Virus record (IMG/VR): IMGVR_UViG_3300042731_001312
Location: 37,110 to 101,109 of that record
From: a virus
Reading direction: 5' to 3' (one strand)
Length of the DNA: 64,000 bases
Shown here: one piece after another, positions 38,298-48,503 of the stretch
How positions within the stretch are numbered: position 1 is the first letter of the stretch
How the letters are laid out: each line of letters begins with the position of its first letter
Program-made: the position numbers and the translations under genes
The notes under the pieces: generated by a model
Seen by the model: only the letters and a program-made list of their open reading frames with translations
Databases searched by the model: none
Told to the model about the DNA's origin: nothing

Positions 38298-39410
38298 ATG
38301 GCTAAAAAGAACGAATTTAGTTTTGATGACATAAACAAAGAGTTGGCGGAACTTAATCCACTCGGCTCTGTTATGGAGCACTCAACATTTAGTGAAGTTA
38401 CAGAATGGATTGACACCGGTAACTATCACTTAAACGCATGTGTCAGTGGTTCACTTTTTAAAGGGTGGCCTAATAATAGATCTTGCTCAATTGCAGGACC
38501 TTCTGGTACAGGTAAAACATTCTTAATCTTAAACTCGATCGCAAGAGCAATCGATATGGGTTACAATGTTATCTTTTATGATTCAGAGGCTGCTGTAGAC
38601 AGAGAGTTAATGAAGAAGTTCGGTATCGACACTGAGAAGGTAAATTATCAGCCATGTAATACAGTACAAGAGTTTAGAACATCTGTAACTTCTATTACAG
38701 GTAAGATGCAAGAGGCAAAACGCAAAGGTATCGACCTACCTAAGATTATGATTATCTTAGATTCTGCTGGTAACTTGGCAACAATGAAAGAGATTGAAGA
38801 CGCGAAGTCGGGATCTGAGAAATCAGATATGACCAGATCAAAAGTTCTTAAGTCTATCTTTAGAATTATTATGACTCCTTTAGCTGACTTAAAAATTCCA
38901 TTTCTATTTACTAACCACACGTATCAGACACAAGACTTTATCTCAAGACAAGTTGCCGGCGGTGGTACTGGACCTGAGTATGCTGCGTCGATCGTTTTAT
39001 TCCTAAATAAGGCACAACTAAAAGAAGGCGGTGAGAAGGCAGGTATTATTGTAACTGCAAAACCAAATAAAAATAGATTTGCAAAACCACATCCTATTAA
39101 GTTCCACTTACACTTTACTGAGGGTATGAACAGATATGTCGGACTAGAACAATATATTGATTGGGAAGATGTTGGTATTGCAAAGGGTAATATTGAAAAG
39201 GGTGTTAAAGTACCAAAAGCCAGTGCCAGAAACTGGATCTGTAAACACCTAGACGAAACAGTACCCAACTCAGAGTTTTTCACTGAAAAAGTCTTTACCG
39301 AGGAAGTACTTCAGAAGATTGAAAAGAAGATTCAGCCTCTTTTCAACTATAATACTGAAGCTAGAGAAATCGATATTGACGAAATCTTAGAAGAGAGTGA
39401 AGCTGAATAA
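38298..39410 (+). CDS. uvsX: RecA-like recombinase UvsX
   Basis: IDTG, AGPSGTGKT, FYDSE, ILDS, TNH, GGG.G..YAAS. Confidence 0.93.
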   Translation: MAKKNEFSFDDINKELAELNPLGSVMEHSTFSEVTEWIDTGNYHLNACVSGSLFKGWPNNRSCSIAGPSGTGKTFLILNSIARAIDMGYNVIFYDSEAAVDRELMKKFGIDTEKVNYQPCNTVQEFRTSVTSITGKMQEAKRKGIDLPKIMIILDSAGNLATMKEIEDAKSGSEKSDMTRSKVLKSIFRIIMTPLADLKIPFLFTNHTYQTQDFISRQVAGGGTGPEYAASIVLFLNKAQLKEGGEKAGIIVTAKPNKNRFAKPHPIKFHLHFTEGMNRYVGLEQYIDWEDVGIAKGNIEKGVKVPKASARNWICKHLDETVPNSEFFTEKVFTEEVLQKIEKKIQPLFNYNTEAREIDIDEILEESEAE

Positions 39411-39696
39411 AGATAAGCTGCCGATCAAGTATATCCTAGGGATAGAAAAAGATCTACCGGATTATCCTACCGCACTAGATGTTTTATACGCTGAAGTAAA
39501 ACTGTGTAATAGAAACCCAGAAAGATATAAGGGTAGTTTTACCTACCATGCACTAAAGACCTACCGCTTTCCAGAATCAGACCACGATCGAATATTACAG
39601 TCTGCAAAAGAGCTGGTTAATTTAGGTCTTTGTGAACAAACAAATGATGAAGCTGGAAAAGAGGCTTTTAAAATCCTAATTAATCCATTCGAATGA
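39397..39696 (+). CDS. Hypothetical protein
   Basis: 99-aa ORF, GTG start, overlaps both neighbours. Confidence 0.6.
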   Translation: MKLNKDKLPIKYILGIEKDLPDYPTALDVLYAEVKLCNRNPERYKGSFTYHALKTYRFPESDHDRILQSAKELVNLGLCEQTNDEAGKEAFKILINPFE

Positions 39697-40271
39697 TAGC
39701 AGTATTTGACAATTTTATTAAAGACCCCGAGTTACTACAAGAGATAGAGACAAACTATAACTATATCTTTAGAGAGCCTGGTGTCTATAAGTGGTGGAAT
39801 GGTTGGTGGAATACAGAAGCCAACAATACTACAAAAAAGATAATTCAATATGTATGGGGTGAACATTGCCCTATCGCAGATGGGTTTTCAATTGATGGCT
39901 TTGAATACTGGACTGGAATTCAAACTGCGGCCGATATAGAAGATGATTGGAAAGATAATCTACAGATTCATTTCGATAAGGATGAAGCGTGGTGGCAAAA
40001 GACAAAAGAAGTGGTAAGTCCCGTGATAGGTAGCGTATATTACCCAGCGGGCCAGGACTTTGATGGAGGGGATCTTGCAATATACACAGATGGCCGAGAT
40101 TCGACCCCAGAGATTGTGAAAGCAAAACCTAATAGATTTATTATCTTTCAGGCAGGACAAGACCTGCACACAGTACAACAAGTCACACGAGGTGTTAGAA
40201 ACGCTATCGCAATTAATCTATGGGAAAATGAACCCTACTCTAAACAAGTTGGCGAGTTAACCATAGAATAA
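39693..40271 (+). CDS. 2OG-Fe(II) oxygenase
   Basis: HFD, FDGGDL, HTV, RNAIAINLW. Confidence 0.88.
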   Translation: MIAVFDNFIKDPELLQEIETNYNYIFREPGVYKWWNGWWNTEANNTTKKIIQYVWGEHCPIADGFSIDGFEYWTGIQTAADIEDDWKDNLQIHFDKDEAWWQKTKEVVSPVIGSVYYPAGQDFDGGDLAIYTDGRDSTPEIVKAKPNRFIIFQAGQDLHTVQQVTRGVRNAIAINLWENEPYSKQVGELTIE

Positions 40272-40285
40272 GTAAAAACATTAAT

Positions 40286-41602
40286 ATGCAGTTTGGACAA
40301 GACTTTGAAAAAATATTCTTTAGACTCTCATTAGAGAAGCCTAAATACTTACAGGCAATCAAATTTAACTTCTACACTTCAGAAGAGATTGATGCCTTAA
40401 GTTATTTAGCTAATAAGTTCTACGCTAAGTTTAATGAGACTCCATCTAAAGAGAACTTAAAGCTGTTAGTCCAAAATCACCCTAAATCTAAAGAGAGGGT
40501 CTCAGATGAGATTCTAGATATTGTCTTTGATGTGGATCTAGACAAATACGATGAAGAGTGGTTAACTAATACTGCAGAAGCTTGGATTAAGTGGAGAACA
40601 TTTAATAACTCATTAACAGATACAATTGAGTATATTAAAACCACAGATGTTAATCCAGAAAATGTAGAAGCTATCGTAACCAAAGTAAAGGGTTTAATTA
40701 ACGATAGAAATAATTTAACATTCAACTCAGATCTTGGTCTTAACTTCTTTGACTTTGATGCACACGACCAGAAAGAGGCTGAGAAAGTGAGTACAGGTTA
40801 CAACTTCTTAGACCGAATGTTAGGTGGGGGTTATGATAAAGGTGGTAATCTAGTTGTTTATGCTGGTGAGCAGAACATTGGTAAATCCATTTATCTAGCC
40901 AATGATGCAGCTAACTTTGTCAAGATGGGTACAAATACTGTAGTTATCACAGCAGAGATGGCAGCACATAAATTTGTAAAAAGAATTGGTGCTAACCTTC
41001 TTAATATCCGCATTGACGAATATCCCGAGAAGGCTAAAAATAGAGACCACATTAAAAGAAGATTGGAAACGGTTGGTGACGGGTTTACCCCTCCAGGGCA
41101 ACTTTATGTAAAACAATTCCCAACATCTCAGGCTACAGTCTTAGATATTGAAGCGTATGTCGCGCAAATAGAAGAAGAGTTACAGATTAAAGTCGGTGCA
41201 GTTGTAATTGACTACATCAACATTTTGGCTAATTATCGTAACCAAAATACGGAGAATACATATATGAAGATCAAGCAAATTGCAGAAGACCTTCGTGCGA
41301 TGGGTATTCGTAATAATTGGTTGATTGTCACTGCTACTCAAATAAACAGAAACGGCTATAATTCTTCAGATATTTCCATGTCCGACGTTGCAGAATCTGC
41401 AGGTCTATCACATACAGCTGACGTAATGCTTGGTATTATCCAAGATGACTTAATGCGTGCTAATCAAGAGTACTGGCTAAAGGTACTTAAGATTAGAGAC
41501 GGTGAGGGTAAAGGTAATAAGTGTAAGTTAAATGTCGACTACAACTATATGCGATTGAATGAAACGGATGATGTAACAAACTCCAGCATTCACGGCATTT
41601 AA
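40286..41602 (+). CDS. gp41: Replicative DnaB-like helicase
   Basis: GEQNIGKS, TAEM, VIDYINI, AEDLRAM, TATQINR, AESAGL..TAD. Confidence 0.94.
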   Translation: MQFGQDFEKIFFRLSLEKPKYLQAIKFNFYTSEEIDALSYLANKFYAKFNETPSKENLKLLVQNHPKSKERVSDEILDIVFDVDLDKYDEEWLTNTAEAWIKWRTFNNSLTDTIEYIKTTDVNPENVEAIVTKVKGLINDRNNLTFNSDLGLNFFDFDAHDQKEAEKVSTGYNFLDRMLGGGYDKGGNLVVYAGEQNIGKSIYLANDAANFVKMGTNTVVITAEMAAHKFVKRIGANLLNIRIDEYPEKAKNRDHIKRRLETVGDGFTPPGQLYVKQFPTSQATVLDIEAYVAQIEEELQIKVGAVVIDYINILANYRNQNTENTYMKIKQIAEDLRAMGIRNNWLIVTATQINRNGYNSSDISMSDVAESAGLSHTADVMLGIIQDDLMRANQEYWLKVLKIRDGEGKGNKCKLNVDYNYMRLNETDDVTNSSIHGI

Positions 41603-41618
41603 AAATAAAATAAAAAAT

Positions 41619-42053
41619 ATGGCAAATGATAAAATCTTTAATAACAGTTTTGATACACCAGACTTTGAGTTAACAAGTATCAGCTTTGAACTAGATCCCT
41701 CAGTAAGAAACGACCAAGACGAAGAGGATAGAATCCACTATGAGATGATCGCTCGTAAGATCCATGAGCTGATTACAGTTTCTAGATTTAAAGTCTTTAA
41801 TGACGTTGATGAGCTAGGTCGATGTAATAAATTAAAGAAAACTGATATTAATGATGTTTATGGATATATTATAGATGAAATCGGAAGGAACTGGTCTAGA
41901 ATAGATCTATTTAGTGAAATGTGCATCTATTTCGATATTAAACCGGCTAAATTTTACAGTTCACTTTCCAATGTATATAAAGAAGACCTAATCCAAGAGT
42001 TAGATGCAAAAACCGGTATTTTAGAGAAGAAGAATATTAAAAGATTGTTTTAA
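41619..42053 (+). CDS. Probable late-transcription co-activator (gp33-like)
   Basis: SRIDLFSEMCIYFDIKPAKFYSSLSNVYKEDLIQEL aligns by eye with the gp33 pattern SYIDA...C....I......IS...KEKL..E; ends KRLF. Confidence 0.5.
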   Translation: MANDKIFNNSFDTPDFELTSISFELDPSVRNDQDEEDRIHYEMIARKIHELITVSRFKVFNDVDELGRCNKLKKTDINDVYGYIIDEIGRNWSRIDLFSEMCIYFDIKPAKFYSSLSNVYKEDLIQELDAKTGILEKKNIKRLF

Positions 42054-43169
42054 ATGATTGAGGCTAAAGTAATTGAACAAGGCGCAAAAAGAGTTTGGGT
42101 CCTTGGGGATTTACACTTTGGTGTAAGAGCTAATTCAGTAGAATGGTTAGAAATTCAAAAAGATTTTTTTGAGAAACTGTTTATTCCTACCCTAAAGAAG
42201 CATGTGCAACCTGGGGATGTTTTAGTGCAAGTTGGGGATACGTTCGATAATAGACAATCTATTAATATTAAAGTCCTCAATTATGCAGTTGATCTATTTG
42301 AAAGATTGGGTCAAATTTTGCCAGTTTATGTTATTTGTGGTAATCATGATATTTGGGCTAAGAAATCAAATGACATTTCATCGATCGATAGTTTAAAATG
42401 GATTCCCAATGTACAGGTTTACAAAGAGCCTGAATTATTAGACTGGTCTGGTAGAAAGGTTTTATTAATGCCATGGAGAAGAGACTCAGAACATGAGGCA
42501 GAGACATTAGCAGAATTCCCACAAACAGATATTGTATTTTGCCACTCAGAAGTGAGAGGTATTTATTTAAATGCAAAAGTAAAGAACGAACATGGGACGG
42601 AGACCAATATCTATGACAAGTATACTAGAGTTTATTCAGGACATATTCACTATAGACAAGAGAAGAATAAACTACTAATGGTAGGTGTACCATATCAGCT
42701 TACTAGATCAGATAGAGACAATCCAAAAGGATTTGACCTAGTTAACCTAGAGAATATGGAAGAGACCTTCTTTGAGAATCATATTTCCCCTAAATTCTTA
42801 AGATATAACATCAAAGCACTATATGATATGCCTCTCGGCCAATTTAAGGAACAAATAGAAAATAACTTTGTAGATCTATTCGTGCCATCACAAATTGCCA
42901 CAACCAACGCATTGAGCCAACTGGTTAATGAGATACAACATATTTCTAGAAAACTAGAACCGAATATCTACGAAGAAGACTCTTATATCGATAAAGATTT
43001 TTATGATATTAATGAGATTGAGGAAATGTACAAGAATTACAATATTCTTAATCTTTGCAATATGTATATTGATGGGATGAAACATGATGAGGAATTGACT
43101 CTAAAACTAAAGAGTAAGTTAAAACAGTTGTATACTCAATGTGCATACAACTACGACACTGACAAATAA
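42054..43169 (+). CDS. gp47: Mre11/SbcD-like recombination nuclease
   Basis: GDLHFG, GDTFDNR, GNHD, SGHIH. Confidence 0.93.
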   Translation: MIEAKVIEQGAKRVWVLGDLHFGVRANSVEWLEIQKDFFEKLFIPTLKKHVQPGDVLVQVGDTFDNRQSINIKVLNYAVDLFERLGQILPVYVICGNHDIWAKKSNDISSIDSLKWIPNVQVYKEPELLDWSGRKVLLMPWRRDSEHEAETLAEFPQTDIVFCHSEVRGIYLNAKVKNEHGTETNIYDKYTRVYSGHIHYRQEKNKLLMVGVPYQLTRSDRDNPKGFDLVNLENMEETFFENHISPKFLRYNIKALYDMPLGQFKEQIENNFVDLFVPSQIATTNALSQLVNEIQHISRKLEPNIYEEDSYIDKDFYDINEIEEMYKNYNILNLCNMYIDGMKHDEELTLKLKSKLKQLYTQCAYNYDTDK

Positions 43170-44839
43170 TGAGGATAGACTATATTGAGTTTAAAAACTT
43201 TGCATCATACGGAAACCAGAAGCAGAGAATAGAGTTTAAAAAAGAGGGTTCTGAGCTATTTCTGACGTTAGGTAAAAACGGTGACGGAAAAACAACAATT
43301 GCTAATGCAATCATCTATGCATTATATGGAAAGGTGGAGGGTGTTAAATTAGCAGATTTACCTAATCGTATTAATAAAGAACTTTATGTAAAAATAGGAC
43401 TACAATGTGGTACTATGTTTATTGAGATTGAAAGAGGGTTATCACCTAATAGATTTACAGTCTTAATCAATGGTGTTGAGTTTGACAAAGCAGGTAAAAA
43501 ATCAGTCCAAGATTATTTAGAAGAGGAAGTTTTTGGTATTCCATATCATGTGTTCAAGAATATTATTATTCTATCCGTAAACGATTTTAAGTCTTTCTTA
43601 ACCATGTCTAATCAGGACAAGAAACAGATTATCGATAAAATGTTCGGCTTCTCTATTCTTAATGATATGCAACGCCAGATTAAAGATGAGCGCAGAGACA
43701 TCAAGATGGATATTGATTCGTTTGATGCCGAGCTAAATCAAATCATGGATTCTATTGCATCCGTTAAAGGTAAATTAAACACACTGCTAGAGGAATCAGT
43801 TACTGCAAATAAATCTAAAATCCAAGAGTTAAAAGATGATCTAGTTAAATTACATGAAACTGTATTAGAGATTGAGGCATCTAGGAATAAAGAGGAATCT
43901 TCAGTAAATAAGTTTACCGAGCAATATAATGAAAAGAGATCTGAAGCTGGTGATTTAAAAAGAGAAATTGATTACCTGAAGAAAAAACTTGAGTTATATG
44001 AAAGCGGCCACTGTCCAACGTGTGAAACTAAATTAGACTCAGACTGGCATAAATCACAGAAGGGTCAATTTGAACAGGGTATCAAACAGCATACTGATGA
44101 TATTATCGCTATTAAAGAGGAGATGGATTCTCTATCTGAAATGGTAAGAGATGCAAAGGAAAAGAAACAAGGCCTAGAGTCACAAATTAGTGAACATAAA
44201 TTTTCAATGAAGCAATTAAAGGCTGAGTTGATAAAACTTAAAGACGCTCCAGAGGGAGCAGATTTTGACCACCTCAGAAATCTTATTACGGAGTTTGAGG
44301 AAAAAGAGGCTATTAAGTCAGCAAGCAAAGATACTTTAAATGCAGACTATAACTTTATGGAAATTGTAGAACAAGTATTGGGCGAAGATGGAGTTAAGAA
44401 TCTGGCAGTTAAAACTATTTTACCAGGACTAAATACTAACATCGCTGCGATGGCACAAACCATGCACCTGCCGTTCCATATTAGGTTTGATGAGAAATTT
44501 AACTGTGTTATTAATCACCTAGGAGAGGACATTAACCCACTTACACTTTCAACAGGAGAACGTAAGAAGGCGGATTTTATTGTAATTGTTGCGATCATCA
44601 AAATATTAAAATTAAGATTCCCTCAATTAAATCTTTTATTCTTAGATGAGCTACTATCTTCAGTAGACCACGATGGTGTCTATAATATTTTAAAGATACT
44701 TAACCAAGTTATCAAAGAACATAAGATAAATACATTTGTAATTAACCACTCTGTTTTGCCACATGAGATTTTTGACAAGAAGATTCAAATATACCGAGAG
44801 AACGGATTTTCTAAGTTTACGATCGAAAGTATAGATTAA
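43169..44839 (+). CDS. gp46: Rad50/SbcC-like ATPase
   Basis: GKNGDGKTT, Zn hook CPTC, LSTGE, FLDE, INH. Confidence 0.95.
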   Translation: MRIDYIEFKNFASYGNQKQRIEFKKEGSELFLTLGKNGDGKTTIANAIIYALYGKVEGVKLADLPNRINKELYVKIGLQCGTMFIEIERGLSPNRFTVLINGVEFDKAGKKSVQDYLEEEVFGIPYHVFKNIIILSVNDFKSFLTMSNQDKKQIIDKMFGFSILNDMQRQIKDERRDIKMDIDSFDAELNQIMDSIASVKGKLNTLLEESVTANKSKIQELKDDLVKLHETVLEIEASRNKEESSVNKFTEQYNEKRSEAGDLKREIDYLKKKLELYESGHCPTCETKLDSDWHKSQKGQFEQGIKQHTDDIIAIKEEMDSLSEMVRDAKEKKQGLESQISEHKFSMKQLKAELIKLKDAPEGADFDHLRNLITEFEEKEAIKSASKDTLNADYNFMEIVEQVLGEDGVKNLAVKTILPGLNTNIAAMAQTMHLPFHIRFDEKFNCVINHLGEDINPLTLSTGERKKADFIVIVAIIKILKLRFPQLNLLFLDELLSSVDHDGVYNILKILNQVIKEHKINTFVINHSVLPHEIFDKKIQIYRENGFSKFTIESID

Positions 44840-44880
44840 GACAGATATATAATTAAAATACAAAAAACAAATAACTAATT

Positions 44881-45618
44881 ATGGCAACATCAAGAATTTT
44901 TGCATACACGGCTGACGCAAATGCTGCTGCTCCAGCAGGCTTTGAAAAAATCGGAAGCCTTTTTGCAGCACTAGCTACAAACACTACACCAGATGGTTAC
45001 AATCCTGCAGCTTCTGGTATTAGCTGGTACATGGGACCGGATGAGTCACTTGAAGCTAATGCTCCTATTATTGCATACACAAAAAGAGATCCAGAAGGTA
45101 CTTTTCTAGCTTTTAATACAGAGGGTGACCAAGGTACTGATGGCGACGCGGGCACTATTCCTGCTTGGATTGCATTTAAAAGAACTGTAAAAGGATCGAA
45201 CGCTGCGTTTATCGCTGCTGTAGAAGAAATTACAGCTATCAATGGATTTCCACAATCATTTGCAAATGCTGATCAAGCAATGACATGGTTAGACAATAAT
45301 TCTTGTTGGACTAACTACGAGATTGTTGTAGAAGCAACTACAACTACTACAACTGAAGCCCCTACAAGTGATGATCTTTACTACCAAGCAATGAACTGTG
45401 ATGGATCAGGTGCATCATTTGCGGTAGCATGGGGTGGATCTATCGGTCAGATTACAGATGGAAAAGCATACCTAGTCGATGGTACACAACCTGTTAATCC
45501 TATTGTAATAGGAGACGCAATTTATGTCGTGGGTGCTTATTCAGGAGTTCCAAGTGAAATTGGATGTACAATCACAAATACAGAGTACACAGGTACTTGT
45601 ACACCTGCACAACCTTAA
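44881..45618 (+). CDS. Late two-domain protein with poly-Thr linker, possible virion surface protein
   Basis: Own late motif (44844) and terminator (45644); ATTTTTTEAP linker. Confidence 0.5.
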   Translation: MATSRIFAYTADANAAAPAGFEKIGSLFAALATNTTPDGYNPAASGISWYMGPDESLEANAPIIAYTKRDPEGTFLAFNTEGDQGTDGDAGTIPAWIAFKRTVKGSNAAFIAAVEEITAINGFPQSFANADQAMTWLDNNSCWTNYEIVVEATTTTTTEAPTSDDLYYQAMNCDGSGASFAVAWGGSIGQITDGKAYLVDGTQPVNPIVIGDAIYVVGAYSGVPSEIGCTITNTEYTGTCTPAQP

Positions 45619-45643
45619 TTAGAATTAAATTCAATTAATATAG

Positions 45644-45674
45644 AAAATGGCCAATAGAAATATTGGCCATTTTT
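45644..45674 (+). terminator. Intrinsic terminator
   Basis: aaaatggccaata-gaaa-tattggccattttt. Confidence 0.85.
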
Positions 45675-45702
45675 GTTTCCAGTAAATGGTGATATATAAC
45701 CT

Positions 45703-46800
45703 ATGGCTACATACAACTTAAAATTTAATAAAGATGACTCAGTTATCAGACACGTTATCATAGGTCTCCTAGCAGACCTAAATGGTAAGCTGAGTTTTTG
45801 GAGACAGATTAGCAATAATGAGCGTGCCGAGGTAGATGTGCCATTCTTTTATGCTGTTTCAGGTGATGAGAATTTCTTAAAAGATAACTTTTTATTCTCT
45901 AATGTTAACGGCTTGGGCTGTGACCCTTCCGGTGAGTTCGCTGATGGTAACTATGATAAAGTGCCTAGAGGTATTGTCAACCTTACTTCATTTGCAGTAG
46001 ACCCTTCTAAATTGGTAAACAAGAGGAATATGGGTAACTATATGATGATGAACAAAGACGGTTTAATGGAAGGTTTCGTTGCAGAGTTTGAGATGATTCC
46101 AGTAGTGATCGGTGTCGATGTAGAGATTCTAGTCTCTAGTCAATTAGATCTATTTAAGGTTACCGAAGCTATTGTCAAGAAAATGTACAAGGCTAATTTC
46201 TACCACGTTGATGCAGGCCACTTAGAAGAGGGCACTTATAGAATTTCATCTGAATATATGATGCCAGATGATTATACACAAGAGCGTCCGATCGAATATT
46301 CATTCGATGATAAGGCAAATCATAAAGTAACTTTTAGTCTAGAGATTAATTCATTTATACCATCATTCGACTTTGAAGAAGATACTTATAGAAAATTCAC
46401 TAGATCTACATACGGTCCATCTGAAGCATTTCCAAACGGCACAGTTTGTGGAGACTTTGTAGATCCTAATGAGTTCTTAGATCCTGCTAAAAACCCAGAC
46501 GTTTATTTCGATAGCTATGAGCCTGCAAGATGGGATTCTAACGGCCAAGAGTGGATTAAGGTACAAGAGGGCGTTTCTTGTGCAGATCCAGAAATATTTG
46601 CACTTCTAGGTAAATTCTTATCAACAGAAACTCAAATTATGAGAGTCTCTAGACGTAGAAAACAGTCAAATAGAATCTTTACATTTGGTAACTCCAATGT
46701 GGGTACTGCACCTAGCGGCGAGGCAGATAGCGCACTTAAAGGCGATGAGTTCCAGGTTAAGGCAAGACAGTTTCCATGGGGTGATAAAATTGATGAATAA
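45703..46800 (+). CDS. gp15: Tail sheath terminator (T4 gp15-like) with C-terminal extension
   Basis: DSVIRHVII..., VPFFYA, VPRGIVNL, P...V.VEIL...QLDLFK.TEAI. Confidence 0.7.
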   Translation: MATYNLKFNKDDSVIRHVIIGLLADLNGKLSFWRQISNNERAEVDVPFFYAVSGDENFLKDNFLFSNVNGLGCDPSGEFADGNYDKVPRGIVNLTSFAVDPSKLVNKRNMGNYMMMNKDGLMEGFVAEFEMIPVVIGVDVEILVSSQLDLFKVTEAIVKKMYKANFYHVDAGHLEEGTYRISSEYMMPDDYTQERPIEYSFDDKANHKVTFSLEINSFIPSFDFEEDTYRKFTRSTYGPSEAFPNGTVCGDFVDPNEFLDPAKNPDVYFDSYEPARWDSNGQEWIKVQEGVSCADPEIFALLGKFLSTETQIMRVSRRRKQSNRIFTFGNSNVGTAPSGEADSALKGDEFQVKARQFPWGDKIDE

Positions 46801-46841
46801 TTAAACTGATATATACAATAAGAAAACAAAATAATTTGATA

Positions 46842-48029
46842 ATGACAAATAAAGTTAACAACAAAGTTATTTCTCCTGTATTAGAACATGGCCATGGCCA
46901 GATCTTTCATGCTGCAGGCGCAGACTTTAAAATTACAGGCAGTCATATCGAAAGAATTGCTGAAACTAATGATACCTTTAAAACATTAGTAGCAGCCAAT
47001 AAAATATTCGATATTAATGAGTCAGGTATTTCATTTTACTATGACTACAATAACAAACAATCAGTTACTAAGGTTGAAGAAGGTTCAGTAGAGAACTTCT
47101 CTAACTTTCTAGGTCTAAATGAAAAATTAAGCTTCTTACAGGAGTCAGCTAAAAAACTAAGAGTAGCCGGCAAAAAGGGTGAAGCATTAACTGAAGTTAC
47201 TAAAGAGATTACAGCTACAGAAGAGGCTATTAAAGAATCTAAATCATCTTCAATGGTGGTTAAGTTTACTTATGTTGCCGAGTCTAACGCTTTCTTTGCG
47301 GGTAATATTGAAGTAGTACTAGGATCTGAAGAAAGACTTTCAGAAAGATTCTTTAACATAGGCTATATTAAATATGCGGACAAGAAGTTAATTGAGGCTT
47401 TCCAAATTGCAGCTGATAATTTTGGCGCATATAAAACCTTAGACTTTGTAACAGAGTCTGCAAACGGCCACGTTGCTGTTGCAACTATGAGAGCTGAGAA
47501 TAATGTATTTGTTTACAGAGTAAATGAAGAGACTAAAATCAGCAAATTCCAAAAGATGTTAGCAGATGCTGCAATCGAATATGTTGCTGAAGAAACAGGT
47601 GTAGATTTAACAGAGCAATTTACAGATCTACTAGAAGCAGCTACTAGAAAAACTGAACTAAAGTCAGAGAAGATCAGACTTTACAAAGAGATGCTATCTT
47701 TCTTATATGACCAAAGAGGTAGATTAGCAGAGGCTGATAGAAACCTTCCAGATATTAAAGCAGCTGATAATCTAATTGAAACTGAAATTGCTAAAGTAAA
47801 AGAAGACCTAGCAGCAATGGAGGAAGAAACTCTTACTATTGAAGATGGTTACGTTAATGCATCGCTAAAGGGTGAAGTTGATGGTCTACCAGAAAACGCT
47901 GAACTAAAAGTTGACGCTGTAGAATTTAACCAAGCAGGTAAAAACGATATTTTAACTGTATTCGTTGAAGATAAACCTTTCAGAGTAGAGAAGTACAAGA
48001 TTAATATCTCAGAAGAAGATAATCTATAA
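46842..48029 (+). CDS. Late protein, possible prohead core component
   Basis: Late-motif variant at 46808; many hydrophobic-x-E(S) sites (INES, LQES, IKES, VAES, VTES). Confidence 0.4.
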   Translation: MTNKVNNKVISPVLEHGHGQIFHAAGADFKITGSHIERIAETNDTFKTLVAANKIFDINESGISFYYDYNNKQSVTKVEEGSVENFSNFLGLNEKLSFLQESAKKLRVAGKKGEALTEVTKEITATEEAIKESKSSSMVVKFTYVAESNAFFAGNIEVVLGSEERLSERFFNIGYIKYADKKLIEAFQIAADNFGAYKTLDFVTESANGHVAVATMRAENNVFVYRVNEETKISKFQKMLADAAIEYVAEETGVDLTEQFTDLLEAATRKTELKSEKIRLYKEMLSFLYDQRGRLAEADRNLPDIKAADNLIETEIAKVKEDLAAMEEETLTIEDGYVNASLKGEVDGLPENAELKVDAVEFNQAGKNDILTVFVEDKPFRVEKYKINISEEDNL

Positions 48030-48060
48030 AAGCTATCTCCTAGCTTTATACCATATAAAG

Positions 48061-48094
48061 AAAAAGCCCATTTCGAAACAAATGGGCTTTTTTT
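48061..48094 (+). terminator. Intrinsic terminator overlapping the gp55 promoter
   Basis: aaaaagcccattt-cgaaac-aaatgggctttttttt. Confidence 0.85.
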
Positions 48095-48102
48095 CATATA
48101 AT
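48075..48102 (+). promoter_or_regulatory. Middle-type promoter (gp55)
   Basis: GAAAC-N17-TATAAT. Confidence 0.7.
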
Positions 48103-48125
48103 TGATAATCAATTAGAATTAAATC

Positions 48126-48503
48126 GTGCCAAGAAAAAAGAATTATTTAAATAACCGCGATCTGTACGACCAGATTGTGCTCTCGCTGGAAGCAGATAGA
48201 CTGACTCCAGATGCAGAGAAGATGTTAATACTAATAGCTGAAAGGGCGATTACTAAACTAGTGTACCTAAACGAAGATGATAAGAATGATTGTCTTCAGT
48301 TTGCGATATTAGACTTATTAAAATACTGGAGAAACTTTAACCCTAAGTATACAAACGCGTTCGCGTATTTTACTGAGATTGCAAAGAGGGGTTATGCTAA
48401 AGGTTGGAACAAAATCCACCCTACTAAGTATAAAAATACAATGTCCATGGATCGCATCAACACTAAGAATAGTGATGGCGACTCAGGAATGTTTAATATT
48501 TAA
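48126..48503 (+). CDS. gp55: Late sigma factor (T4 gp55-like), compact
   Basis: NYLNNRDL, LIAE, NFNPK..NAFAYFTEIA. Confidence 0.85.
   Translation: MPRKKNYLNNRDLYDQIVLSLEADRLTPDAEKMLILIAERAITKLVYLNEDDKNDCLQFAILDLLKYWRNFNPKYTNAFAYFTEIAKRGYAKGWNKIHPTKYKNTMSMDRINTKNSDGDSGMFNI

Noticed and set aside
39397-39696. T4 gp40 by position between uvsX and gp41
   Set aside because: No recognisable sequence similarity; position alone is weak in a shuffled genome.
39693-40271. TET/JBP-like DNA base oxidase belonging to the modification pathway
   Set aside because: Motifs fit generic prolyl-hydroxylase-like 2OG enzymes common in aquatic phages, and it lies 9 kb from the cluster. Not excluded, but unsupported.
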